Shown one piece after another: positions 13,601-20,510 of a DNA stretch of 64,000 nt; position 1 is the stretch's first letter, and each line of letters starts with the position of its first letter. The notes beneath the pieces were generated by a model. The model was not told the origin of the DNA and ran no database searches. It saw nothing but the letters and a program-made list of their open reading frames with translations. The stretch is from sequence record DRR378314_468; one strand, 5' to 3'. The translations under genes were made by a program, and so were the position numbers.

Positions 13601-15901
13601 GTCCGTGTCGCAAATAATATCTCTAGAGGTATATTGCGGGTCAAGCGGGTTTTTGTAAATATCGAAATAAAACCTACTAAAACACCCATTTTGATAGTTG
13701 ATTACCAAACGGTATTGACCGTCATTTTCGGCTAAAAAGTCGTTTCCTGTATCAACTGTGTTCCATGTACAGCCAGCGTTGGTGTTGGCACAGCCATCAA
13801 CAGATGCGCCACAACTTGTTTCATCCAATTGTTCCCAAACAATACTTGTGGCATCCGGGATGTTTATTTGAATGAGCTCGGTATCGTTAAGTCCACACAA
13901 GAATATTTCCGGAAGCTCACTACCATCGTTGGGGCATATTTCAATATCACCATCAATAGTATTGGAGGTGTCGTTTATCAATGCGGTGATCGGGTTGGAT
14001 TGTACTGAACCGAACAACTCCACCGTAATAATTTCCTGAAAATCTTTGCAAGGGTCTTCAACTTGCTTGTCCACCAAATAGGTGCCGATGTCGCTTACCA
14101 AAAGTGTACTTGGGTCGTTATCGGCGTCGGCATCTGTAATGACGGTATCCGTTCCTAGATCGATTTGATTGTTTCCGTTCTCATCACGGTACCATACGTA
14201 GTTATCAAAATTGTCACCTGCATCCAGCAACACATTTTCGCCACATAATTGAACGGTTCTAGTAAAACTACAAGCACTTAGGTCGTCCAACAAAAAGTTA
14301 GTGGCCCCCGGTGTTCCAAAACCACAATCATCAAAATCATATACACTGGGGTCATCCGTAATCTGGTTAGGGTTGATAATACCCTCATATGTGGAATAAG
14401 CCAAATTCTGAATGACATCGGTACATGCATCCACAAAATCGAAGCAATTTTGAGCCACTTGTACCCGCATTCTAATTTCTGAAAAGGGGTCTCCTACCTC
14501 GATCAGATTGTCTGGAATTGTGAATATAACCTCTCTTGAAACAGGATCGTAGGTATATGTTACTCCAGTTGGAACGGTAATGGATGTTTCGTCTAAGTCA
14601 ACATTTACGGGAAGGACATCTCTAATGGTATAATTTGTGGCATCGTCGTTTCCGTTATTTTGAAAAGAAAGGACATAGTCCAAGTATTGCCCAAGGTTTA
14701 CACCCGCTCCTGTAATATCATTTCCGCCAATGTCCTCAACGGTTTTTTCCAGTATCATATTGGGCTCTATTACTTCAATACCGAAGGTTACCAAAAAGGC
14801 GCCAAAACCATCTCCTTGCGTATAAAGTCTAAGGGTGGCATCGGTCTCTCCATTGGCTATAATACTGTTGGAGGGGTTGTTGATCTCGAAGATATCGGCA
14901 TCGTACCCCAAAGTATTGGTGGCATAAATGTCTCTGTTCGTAACATCTGCACCATCAATGGTTATGTTGGAATTAAAAAAGTTGTTAGCGGGGTTGGATG
15001 CGTTCGAAAGGTTGGTAAAACCAGGATTCATAGGTGTTTCAATACGAAAAGCATCACCGGTTATCCCTCTATCTCCCTCAACAACACTGGCGCCCAAACG
15101 CGCTCTTACGGGACCTGCGGGAATTGTGTTAAACCCAGAAACATTGATGTCAGCACTTGAATTTCCGGAAACCCCTGCGTATCCATCAAAAACAGAAATA
15201 TATTTCCCGGGAAGGTTCGGGTTTTCATAAATAACAACTAAGGTCCATCCACCGGCACCACCAACGCTTCTACCTCTTGTTGCCCTGATATTGGCAACAG
15301 TATATTCACCTGCAGGATTAGCCAAGGCTTGGAGTTGATTGGTAACATTGGCAAAACAAGTATAAGGCGAATCTTTAAAATTGACGTCATCATGAATAAC
15401 GGCATCCTCCTCTCCCACAGGGTCAGGATTGTTGTCGGCAACGATATCGATGTAGCTTCCCCCTGGAACCTTAAATTTTATCTCCCTGAAATCCAATCTT
15501 CTTGAATCACTGCTTGGAAGGCTAGAGATTTGACTATTGTTCATCACCTCTTGTTGATAATTGGCGGACCAGTATAGCCCTGCCCAATAGATTCTTGAAC
15601 AATCAGGAAGTGTCAATGTAGAGCTACTGGAGCTAAATGTTGATGGGTCCCCATCAATATCAATGTAGTCCCTGTGAAAACCATTGTTGTTGCTGGAACC
15701 ATTATAGGGGTCGTTGGCGGTATTGCTGCCGTCCACCCTATTTAGGATAGAGTTGGCCAAAAAGGTATAATCCCCCTTAATGTTTATATAGGAATTGTCC
15801 AACCTAGGGGTAAAAGGAACTTCTACCTGAGCGTTAACCGTAGAGCTAAGAAGCCCTATGCCCAATAGGCAAACTAAAGATTTTAGTAAAAGTTTGGTCA
15901 T
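1631..15901 (-). CDS. sprB: Gliding motility adhesin SprB (SprB repeats, T9SS type B C-terminal domain), 4756 aa
   Basis: Dozens of 'C...G.I.....GG..PY.Y...F..L.AG.Y.V.V.D..GC' repeats; C-terminal PNFFTPDGDGLND.W...IYDRYGR...WDG.Y.G..LP.GDYWY...GHFTLYR. Confidence 0.9.
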   Translation of the reverse strand: MTKLLLKSLVCLLGIGLLSSTVNAQVEVPFTPRLDNSYINIKGDYTFLANSILNRVDGSNTANDPYNGSSNNNGFHRDYIDIDGDPSTFSSSSSTLTLPDCSRIYWAGLYWSANYQQEVMNNSQISSLPSSDSRRLDFREIKFKVPGGSYIDIVADNNPDPVGEEDAVIHDDVNFKDSPYTCFANVTNQLQALANPAGEYTVANIRATRGRSVGGAGGWTLVVIYENPNLPGKYISVFDGYAGVSGNSSADINVSGFNTIPAGPVRARLGASVVEGDRGITGDAFRIETPMNPGFTNLSNASNPANNFFNSNITIDGADVTNRDIYATNTLGYDADIFEINNPSNSIIANGETDATLRLYTQGDGFGAFLVTFGIEVIEPNMILEKTVEDIGGNDITGAGVNLGQYLDYVLSFQNNGNDDATNYTIRDVLPVNVDLDETSITVPTGVTYTYDPVSREVIFTIPDNLIEVGDPFSEIRMRVQVAQNCFDFVDACTDVIQNLAYSTYEGIINPNQITDDPSVYDFDDCGFGTPGATNFLLDDLSACSFTRTVQLCGENVLLDAGDNFDNYVWYRDENGNNQIDLGTDTVITDADADNDPSTLLVSDIGTYLVDKQVEDPCKDFQEIITVELFGSVQSNPITALINDTSNTIDGDIEICPNDGSELPEIFLCGLNDTELIQINIPDATSIVWEQLDETSCGASVDGCANTNAGCTWNTVDTGNDFLAENDGQYRLVINYQNGCFSRFYFDIYKNPLDPQYTSRDIICDTDGNITVTNMPLTYEFQLVDQSTGNVVVPYSSNPSFDIANNGAYMVEMRQQGVADGCVFVLDNIGILDRDFQVDVVPQDTDCNGLGEIAISVLNVEAQYYYEISSGGTVVDTFGPSNDNNYTFENLSDGVYDIAVSTDDGCAYTEQVTINDLTDLELNARISQHITCREGNIQMESSGGQTPHVYAIWSYVDENGVTQLSYPSVNDIPASEYQTSQIFDIYDPGDYTFVVVDRNNCYDISNTVSIEFRPAAEYNATTVTDVVCYGDASGAITFNLVDDNGFQLTYYLFDATTFDENNYDLTTALATNTSGYFPGLTDGDYAVVIYQRKGSADCDYFEYASISAPSFALDADAVLTQDYTCLQDGIIEAQNVTGGTAPYEYSIDGVNFGSASTFNNLTDGTYTVTVRDDLGCIFTTNAITIDPLDPPTDIDFTATNPLCPTFVSDVTLSVTGGEPNLVYELISPAGSAVNNGNNNTFAGLAPGTYMFRVTDNDGCFYDESFTIAPVTEISVSGQLVGNITCFGDNDGEIEYTVNNFNTDYDYSVTGPANFSGTAETNGTISLTGLAEGTYSITVTDNFTNCTDTADVTIAAPPAAITAPITLTQPTCLADGSVNIAASGGWGSYTYEIISGPGGYTLPASQTSGLFSGLDIGGTYQFTVTDANGCVVTDDFVINEAIAPVLDIVPNNICYDDATGLTLTANITSGGDGNYEYNLNGGPFQSSNVFTGLGSGTYTINVRDGNDCTDSASITIDPELSLVASAPNITACGTDTDITVSAAGGDGNYVYAVVADGATPTAGDFSPTNPITVTSVGDYDVYVRDNAGGTDYCEATYDITIVQDDPLAISVTNTDILCSGESQAQITITPTGGEAPYSYSINNGATYQTSNTFANLPAGSYNIRVRDANNCEVTEIYAINEPLTLSASAAVTALAECYPGMGAEVRITNAIGGTAPYEYSFDGGSTYDTTSIGYLLPGTHTLYIRDANLCTYPMNVTIDPEPTPPSATAAIDYECDGEGTITVTPNSTDFDYTYEIDGNPNTPNTSNVFGDVPVGSHTITVNYVSNSAPSPSILLSENFGVGPNTSISEIDPAYCYEPQDGSASLCGFGTDTHIQDGEYSVTQNIVNPYGSWLSPNDHTGLASGRFLAINVGGVAGVGGIVYQKTGVEVIPNRDITVSLHAFNLLRSGTGGGDPSIEIQLVDAGGNIIASTTTGSVPKNTGANDWHNYSVDLNPGANSNLDIVIRTNSAVINGNDIAIDDIEAFQIPEVCGGFITLDVNVEDGHAFDGAITAYTDITCNGDTDGTITFEAENFDPAIGFTFQVDGGAVSAAQFASPITVNGLAAGAHTIEIVDLRDPSCSVVLNQTLTQPDVLDVTASITNELTCTNGGATITATATDGTPTYQYQLEDDLGAVITAFQSSNVFTGLAAGDYVVRATDTNSCEDTTSVITVDPPATIAFDLTPTACYSGNNDGSIQVDVTDGNGNYQFRLNGGAWITPSPSTDTTYTFENLVAGTYTIDVRDDYGCTATDTATINPALTASAFLDNDLTCLADATITINANGGSGSYTYEWSNDGGTTYNNTGFTGNVFNTNTDGTYIFRVTDTSTPTCSVVTSSIVITPAVPPVISNVTPTDILCHGESTGALDVVIDTSVGVPPYTINVVETSGPTNYGSQTTGLPAGSYEVTITDDKGCVSVPFPVVISEPNPITYTTTDVPITCDTGTGVTNPGSITVSGVSGGTAEYTYILTANNGIAPQTYTTTSGARDHTFTVLEFGIYQVDVVDANGCASFTTEIIASPPNDLDIDVSTATSDCVSGGTAIVTVGSAVGSGNYEFAILENYTAPYSTTYQTPDTVGGDTATFTGLTPGITYTFVVYDLTTNCYYFEEAAAPINTPSNMTANLDAVNNVSCTGSADGNISFTFTGFDAGATAVDYEIFNRQSNVSTGHSGTATVNTPTSVTVDNFATLPPGEYYLLLSEVGGPNNGCSVNGGEFTIRESANALDLDVASPQNDNCNPNAGVITATGRFGTAPYTYQYLLDSAPAPTAATAGWTSSTSANVEAGDYIVYVMDDYGCIFQRPITVDEDPTPEITLTVVDECVDEGLFEVLVTLDNPAVAMSPFQISVNGSAYQNFTFDGSNQYTVSGLSSGSGQTIAVRDLNGCADTDTFNIAPPLEFTVTQTVALDCELGAAANAEILIEVISGSGNYEYRIDGPGTGVNDVTRTALTLDAFNQFTWTGATAAGSYDVIVFDMGTAPPNCPQTITIDVPDAPLPSFTETHIDVTCFGGSDGSITLTEIDNGVGPLTYTLTPMPVGAVLNGNTFENLPAGTYDVRGTGINSCFDDIFSIVISEPAAIANVNASVLEFACTAGNNTNNATITVDTGSITGGSGNYIRYEFINDAGSVVVQNGGNPVYTETNTAGGNYTINVYDDNGCLGTTTATIAPFDEITNATASITNPISCSPGNDGEITISVTSTAGDPTRFEYSIDNGTSWQASNIFSGLSAGTHNFLVRHLDTGCTVTASETIEDPNTFTIDVNVVSDVICYGTATGEVTFELLDATYSNGFDWTIYDTNGTPNDRLDDISVTNGNSSTTGPTAPISLPAGSYIVEISQDAFPECTNIEAFNIAGPSAAITGNTEVTPITCNPGNDGIIEVVDVQGGWGGYSYYVSTTPNPDPNDPSNYVSTPRFENLTAGTYEVWIMDQEECATQLLDVDLTIPDPILADLQINQANCTNLQGEIEVVGIPATDPVSGGQGSNYTYQLIRNGSNVGSPQTSTIFSGLGAGTYEVYIIDQWGCDTTVGPVVLTDAMTANATVVKPIDCTMDPGGQITINVSGGSANLEYSTISPISTTVITNNDGIFTNLTEPGTYVFTITDLDTTEPCTYVVTQELDDKVDPVIDDVIVDDVSCFGGSDGSLTVVMDPATVVDPVYTYELYQMSDLVNPYRFAHSSLVFDNLPAGDYRVRVISSRECDDTFDATVGEPTVLDASATATDFVCAPSNSVDESTITVTATGGTTPYFYSFNGNSFTSDATFDIVDNGSAQTINYVVRDANGCEYPDSITVQPLNTFTLDVNQVVAITCNNPETVTLNVTETFGGDTYTFELLPAGNPFGAITASTATTATFDLTQPGSYTFRATNDTTGCYVETTHTIAPFDTIDVVATATAPAVCFGDAGTIEIDVTGYVGPYDYEVFNANGTTTGLTGSGNTSANPFEIPDPTSALIGGNYYVEIVGTSAPFCPAVSGTVTIVSPSSALDYTPQEVANVTCTNDQGEILINPTGGYAPYDIVLTNTTTTEVYTMNNVNSYVFTGLSAGTYTVRVTDDGGCFEDRGLPLEVPDPITADIDAAPIDLLCYGAESASVWADNVAGGSGSYVYQLNYYDPSGNNIVFTTGEQSNNTFNGLGAGIYSITVSDGWNCGMETPRVTITEPTEVMASLVQVSAMTCNNDAEIMLSAAGGTAPYFYSTDGITFTAMSGGDTHTFNVGPGAYQYYVRDANGCDALISNQVTVDEVPELMLEIDDSAAIINCMGEASATIIAQATGGLGNYNYELFSDAALTNLVDGPQTNGTFSGLLAGDYYVRVTSEDCVEVSPVVTIVDPEPLVVEREEFTDITCSGMNDGTITVEVSGGTGEILYAISPNLDQFDTTNTFTDLEPGIYDVIAQDVNGCFITFQFEINQPEPVVAEAINIMDEVCFESGDGSFEVQISGGTAPYETSLNSSADANFVQDQFLFQDLTAGTHVVFVRDAQGCETNVIVEIEPGVNLAATVTPVYECTGNIPDNYLDIVFEDESIIGDLMYALDSTDPADMQLTADYRNMAPGDHYITIAHANGCMTTYDFTIEAYEPLVLTLENNNINQITAIAEGGVEDYTFYFNDVDNGSDNTFYINRTDTYTVTVVDQNGCEATAEIFMEFIDVEFPNFFTPDGDGLNDIWIPDNIEGFPDVLIKVYDRYGRVVEVMDRNVQGWDGNYDGKPLPTGDYWYVVQLKGEQDDREFVGHFTLYRN

Positions 15902-15903
15902 GG

Positions 15904-17979
15904 TTAGCTATTAGTGTTTGGTTTTATTCGCATGATCCACATATCGTCGTCATACGAAGCGTTTAGTTTGGTGTAATAAGAGGTCAAGGCGTTGTTCCAG
16001 GTTTCGTGTTTTTTCAAATACACGTACCTGTTTTTGTCTGCAGGGCTGACGAAATAGCTTGCATGCAAACCTCTTGCATTCAGCTCTTTAACAAATTGTT
16101 TTGCACTTGAAGAGTTTTCGAAAACGTTGGCAATGATGTAGTATCCTTCGGGCAATCCATCTCCGGATTGTGTTCTGAGTACTACATGCTTACCGCCTTT
16201 TCCAACAGTGTTATTGGTCACATTTTTGGAAAGGACATTGCTGCTGTATTTTGAGTTTGATGCTGTTGCTTGTCCATTGTAACCGGCAATAGGGGAATTG
16301 CTGCCGTTGACGTTCATGACCCAGGCGTCACCTTGGTATTTCCCGTTCATTTTACTGTGGTAAGCATCCAAAGCATCGTTTTTGTTGCCAAAGTCCCCAA
16401 TGTAAACGTAGTTAAGTCCATTTTTTGGGTTTTGGAAGTAGTCTGCATCTATCCCTTGGGCCCTTAGTTTTTCAATGAATGCATCCACGTTGTCGGGGTT
16501 TCTAAAGACGTTGGCGATCAAATAATGACCACTTTCCACATTGGGTACCGCGTGTGATTTGAAACCTGCTTTTTTACTTTTTGCAGGTCTATAGGTATTA
16601 TCCTTTTTCGCTTTGGAATTTGAGGCATAGGTGGACTTGGTGTTATCCTTGGCCTCATTTATTTTAATCACCTTTTTGGTCGAGGTATTGTTCGATAACC
16701 CGTGGTTCGCAATGGGTTGTTTTCTTCGAGTCACGATATCGGCACTGTCCATATTGGCGAAGTACACCTCCTTGGCTTTTTCCTCCAAAGCTGGATTTTG
16801 ACCTCGGGTTTCACGCTGAACCATTTTCATAACGGTCTCAAAGCGTCTTTCCAAATCTTGTTTGCGGGTAGATTCGATGGAATCCTGGCGCATCAACAAT
16901 TCATCCAATATGGCATCGTTTTCGGCCAGTTTTTCTTGTAATTGAGCAATTTCAAGGTCTTTATCGGTAATGTTTAAACTGTCTTGCGGAACATTTTCAT
17001 CATTGGAAACCATTTCTTCCCCCTCGGCTTCGAGCATTACGCGATCTTCGGTAAGGTTTGGCGTAAAGGAGTAAGCCAAAGAAATTTCGTGGGTAACGCC
17101 AAAGTTTTCAAATTCGTTGGACAATCCCTTTTCTACCGTATATCCAAGCGAAATATTTTTGGTCAAGTTGAAACCTAGACCAGCCGATGCTCCGTAGAAA
17201 TCATCATAACCTGCTTGCACCCAACCTAATTTAGGTAGGTCAAGGATCAAATTTCCTCCCAGTGTTAGGTTTTCCTCACCTACTTTTCTCACCCGTGCCA
17301 AAGGCATTAAACGGGCTTTTTCCATAATACCTCTTCCGTTTTCGAACTGATGGGTATATTGTAGGTGTCCAGAGTATGTTTTTTCATTAAAATCGGTGAT
17401 TGATTCGCTTGTTTTTAGGTTGTAGTCAAAAAGGTTTTCCGCATAACCACCAATGTCAAAACGGCCGACGGAAAAGTTAAAACCTGGCTGAAAGCTTACC
17501 AATGAACTACTTTCCAAAGTGTTCAAAAAAGGATCTACTTCAACAGAGTTTACCCTGTCTTGGTTAAAGGCACTTTGGTAATAGCTTATGTTGGCCCCAA
17601 AGGTGAAAGTGCTTTTTGGGCTTAAGCGCACACCGTAAGCATAGTTGGCGTGTACACCAAAGTTGTTGAACAGGCCTTCGCGGTTAGTAAATAAACTTAC
17701 ACCGACTCCACTCCGGTCACTAACCCTACCACTATAACTTAAGAAATATACTTGGTTGTTGTCATCAAAAGATACCGACTGGTTTCTATGAAAAAGATTG
17801 ATGTACGACTTGTCTTCCCTTACCGTTGAAAAGGTAGGGTTAAGCAAGAACCTGTTAAACTTTAAAAGGTTTTGGGAAGGTACGTTATAGGGTATATAGT
17901 TACCTTCTTCCTGCCCCCTCATTCCAGAGAAGGCAAGTAGCAAGATAGCAAGTAAAAGTAGAGGTTTTTTAATTTGCAT
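15904..17979 (-). CDS. sprD: SprD: PorP/SprF-type barrel + coiled coil + two SPOR-like repeats
   Basis: N-terminal PorP-like barrel (NPTFS, G.THEISLAY); tandem C-terminal 'G.Y.IANVF' repeats; position in the sprCDBF order. Confidence 0.82.
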   Translation of the reverse strand: MQIKKPLLLLAILLLAFSGMRGQEEGNYIPYNVPSQNLLKFNRFLLNPTFSTVREDKSYINLFHRNQSVSFDDNNQVYFLSYSGRVSDRSGVGVSLFTNREGLFNNFGVHANYAYGVRLSPKSTFTFGANISYYQSAFNQDRVNSVEVDPFLNTLESSSLVSFQPGFNFSVGRFDIGGYAENLFDYNLKTSESITDFNEKTYSGHLQYTHQFENGRGIMEKARLMPLARVRKVGEENLTLGGNLILDLPKLGWVQAGYDDFYGASAGLGFNLTKNISLGYTVEKGLSNEFENFGVTHEISLAYSFTPNLTEDRVMLEAEGEEMVSNDENVPQDSLNITDKDLEIAQLQEKLAENDAILDELLMRQDSIESTRKQDLERRFETVMKMVQRETRGQNPALEEKAKEVYFANMDSADIVTRRKQPIANHGLSNNTSTKKVIKINEAKDNTKSTYASNSKAKKDNTYRPAKSKKAGFKSHAVPNVESGHYLIANVFRNPDNVDAFIEKLRAQGIDADYFQNPKNGLNYVYIGDFGNKNDALDAYHSKMNGKYQGDAWVMNVNGSNSPIAGYNGQATASNSKYSSNVLSKNVTNNTVGKGGKHVVLRTQSGDGLPEGYYIIANVFENSSSAKQFVKELNARGLHASYFVSPADKNRYVYLKKHETWNNALTSYYTKLNASYDDDMWIMRIKPNTNS

Positions 17980-17985
17980 TGCTGC

Positions 17986-20247
17986 TTATTTAATGACAGT
18001 GATAGTTCCTTGTTTCAGGCTTTTGCCACCACGAGTGATCTTGTAATAGAAAATCATGCTTTGTTTGTTAAAGGAAGTGGTGGATTGTGGCCAGTTGTTT
18101 TCATAGCCTGCTTGGCTAAATACCTGTTCTCCTCGCTCATTAAATATGGTGACAAGAACATTGGGGTCTCTGGAATAGGAGTTGGGCAATACCCATAGAT
18201 CGTTAATACCATCGCCATTGGTGGTAATAACATTGGGTATGGCAAACATATCCCTGTAGGTCACAGTAATCACTTTGCTTACAGTACATGTCCCGAAGGA
18301 TGCAATCAACAGGTACTCCCCTTCTTCGGTAAAGTCGTAAAAACTGCTCGAAGAAATTAGGTTGTTACCGGCATCATACCATTCATAGGAATCTGCACCG
18401 CTAGCGGTAAGAGTTTGGGTCTCTCCCTCAATAATGATGAGGTCTTTGGGTTTGTCGAGCACCAATAGCGATTCATCGAATTCACTAATAGTAATCTCGT
18501 TGGACATCAATGCACATTCGTTGGAAGTGATAACAAGCTGATACACACCTGTTTCGCTAACGGTGAAACTTTCGGATGATGTATCAACCACGGTTCCATC
18601 TTTCTTCCATTCAAAAGATTCATTGGTTAAGTCTGTTGTACTTTCAAGAACGATGGCCTCGCCTCCTTCACACAACACGGTACCATTGGCGGTAATCTGC
18701 AAGGTTTCGTTTGATGCGAGCTTTATCTGTAGGCTATTGGATGATGCCTCAAAAGCATCAATAGAACCAAACAAATCATATTGGCCATTGTCCTCCTGAT
18801 CGGATATTGTGATAGTTTTTGAAGTCTCGCCTGAAACATCGGCCCCATTCAATTTCCACTGATAATCAAAAGCGTTTTGTAAATCTTGGGTAACATCGGT
18901 TTTGGCACCACTATCACTCACGGCATTTATTGTGGTAAGGCTCAGGGTGGCATCAACACTTTCGCAAGAAGTGTATGTTCCCACGTAGTCCACAACAAAC
19001 TCAAAAGAATCTGGGGTCACAACGGTGGTTGTGGCCGATGCCACGGGAGCTGGGGTACAAGGACCGCCATTATTGGTAACTTCTACATAGTATTCTCCTG
19101 TTTCACCAATAACCAAGGTGTTGCTGGTTGCATCGGTAATCGCAGCACCATCTTTATACCATTGGTATGCCGCACTTGATGCTGTTGTACTAACGGACAA
19201 TGTTTTGGTTTGCGAAGGAAGTAGTACAATATTTTCTTGGTTGTTCAACGTGATTTCAAAAGAACCTGAACTTGAGACCGTTACAGGGTCCGACAACTCG
19301 GTACAAATCCCAGAACCAGAGATTTCAACCTCATAAGAGCCTTCGAATCCGCTTATTCCTGCATTAACAGTATAGGTGCTGGCCTCGACGGTTGGACCGC
19401 TGACGATGCTTCCGTCTTTGTACCACGTATAGGTATATCCTTGTCCGCTTATGCTGGCCTCCAACAATTGCGTTTCTCCTGGGCAAACCTCTATGTTGCT
19501 AGCACCATTAATGGCCAATCCAGAACTGGTTCCGGTGGATATTTCAATAGTGTTGGATAAGGTATTGGCAGAACCGGAGCAATTTCCATAATCCAGTTCC
19601 ACATAGTACATGCCCGACTCAGAAACGGTGATGCTTTCTGATTTTTCTGCAAGCAATGTACCACTGCGGTACCAATTATATATATAAGTATCTGCATTAG
19701 GGATGTTGTGTGGTTTTAAGGTTACAGAACCTCCGCCACAAATTTGTATTTGACCTCCAGAAGGAATGTCTCCGCTTCCGTCCTCGCTAATCAATAAAGG
19801 AGCGTTATAGTCTATGAAGTACATGGAGAAAGCATCAGAAGCTGGGCTCGTCTTGGCCGGACTGGTGCTTCGAACCCTCATTTTAAAGCTTTCTCCCCTC
19901 ATTTCCGCGGGAAGGGCAAACTGGAATTCAAAGTCAAAAGTTGTATTCTTGTCGCTTGCACGTGCAAGTTCGGTAGGGTTGGAAAAGTAACCGTCAGCAT
20001 CGGATAATTCAAGGATAAATTCGTTATTGCTGTCCACCATGGGAGGATCCCAGGTAAAGTTTACAAAATATTCGTTGAAGCCACCGGATGCACAAACTGC
20101 TGTCCAAGCAGAGTTACCGGCAAGGTTGGGGTTGTCCGCCGGTACGGGTTTGTTCAGTACTTGAGCTTGGGATACGAAGGTACCAAGCAGCACAAAGGCA
20201 AAGGCCAATACCAGAATGCTATACGTTGAATTACTTTTTTTCATCAC
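17986..20247 (-). CDS. sprC: SprC: Ig-like repeat protein with T9SS type B C-terminal domain
   Basis: YQWYKDG Ig-like repeats; C-terminal IPNVITTNGDGINDLW...; first gene of the operon. Confidence 0.82.
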   Translation of the reverse strand: MMKKSNSTYSILVLAFAFVLLGTFVSQAQVLNKPVPADNPNLAGNSAWTAVCASGGFNEYFVNFTWDPPMVDSNNEFILELSDADGYFSNPTELARASDKNTTFDFEFQFALPAEMRGESFKMRVRSTSPAKTSPASDAFSMYFIDYNAPLLISEDGSGDIPSGGQIQICGGGSVTLKPHNIPNADTYIYNWYRSGTLLAEKSESITVSESGMYYVELDYGNCSGSANTLSNTIEISTGTSSGLAINGASNIEVCPGETQLLEASISGQGYTYTWYKDGSIVSGPTVEASTYTVNAGISGFEGSYEVEISGSGICTELSDPVTVSSSGSFEITLNNQENIVLLPSQTKTLSVSTTASSAAYQWYKDGAAITDATSNTLVIGETGEYYVEVTNNGGPCTPAPVASATTTVVTPDSFEFVVDYVGTYTSCESVDATLSLTTINAVSDSGAKTDVTQDLQNAFDYQWKLNGADVSGETSKTITISDQEDNGQYDLFGSIDAFEASSNSLQIKLASNETLQITANGTVLCEGGEAIVLESTTDLTNESFEWKKDGTVVDTSSESFTVSETGVYQLVITSNECALMSNEITISEFDESLLVLDKPKDLIIIEGETQTLTASGADSYEWYDAGNNLISSSSFYDFTEEGEYLLIASFGTCTVSKVITVTYRDMFAIPNVITTNGDGINDLWVLPNSYSRDPNVLVTIFNERGEQVFSQAGYENNWPQSTTSFNKQSMIFYYKITRGGKSLKQGTITVIK

Positions 20248-20485
20248 CGTTAGATTTTAAGAGGTTACGGGCTTACATAGCCCTGTTAGTTTGTGCCCCT
20301 TAATTGTAATTCTTTCTGAAGACGGTGTTCAAGCGTCTTTTTAACATATAGTATTCGAATAACAAATATGTCTCTAATTTGGACGAAAGGAAAGATATTG
20401 TTGTAGGCTATACCAAAACTGTTGTGAAATCGCCTACTTTGTATACACGTAAGCACGAAAAATAGCTATCAACAAGGGATTTTAC

Positions 20486-20493
20486 TACATTTG
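20486..20493 (+). promoter_or_regulatory. -7 box (TACATTTG) for glnS
   Basis: TAnnTTTG match 17 nt upstream of the ATG. Confidence 0.55.
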
Positions 20494-20510
20494 CCCATCA
20501 AATAATTGGT

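Noticed and set aside
3125-15441. Many 60-180 aa alternative-frame and antisense ORFs inside sprB
   Set aside because: Shadow ORFs of a long biased coding sequence, with no recognisable motifs.
1631-15901. SprB repeats as a DNA repeat array or CRISPR
   Set aside because: Repeats are visible only at protein level and are highly diverged in DNA; no repeat-spacer pattern.
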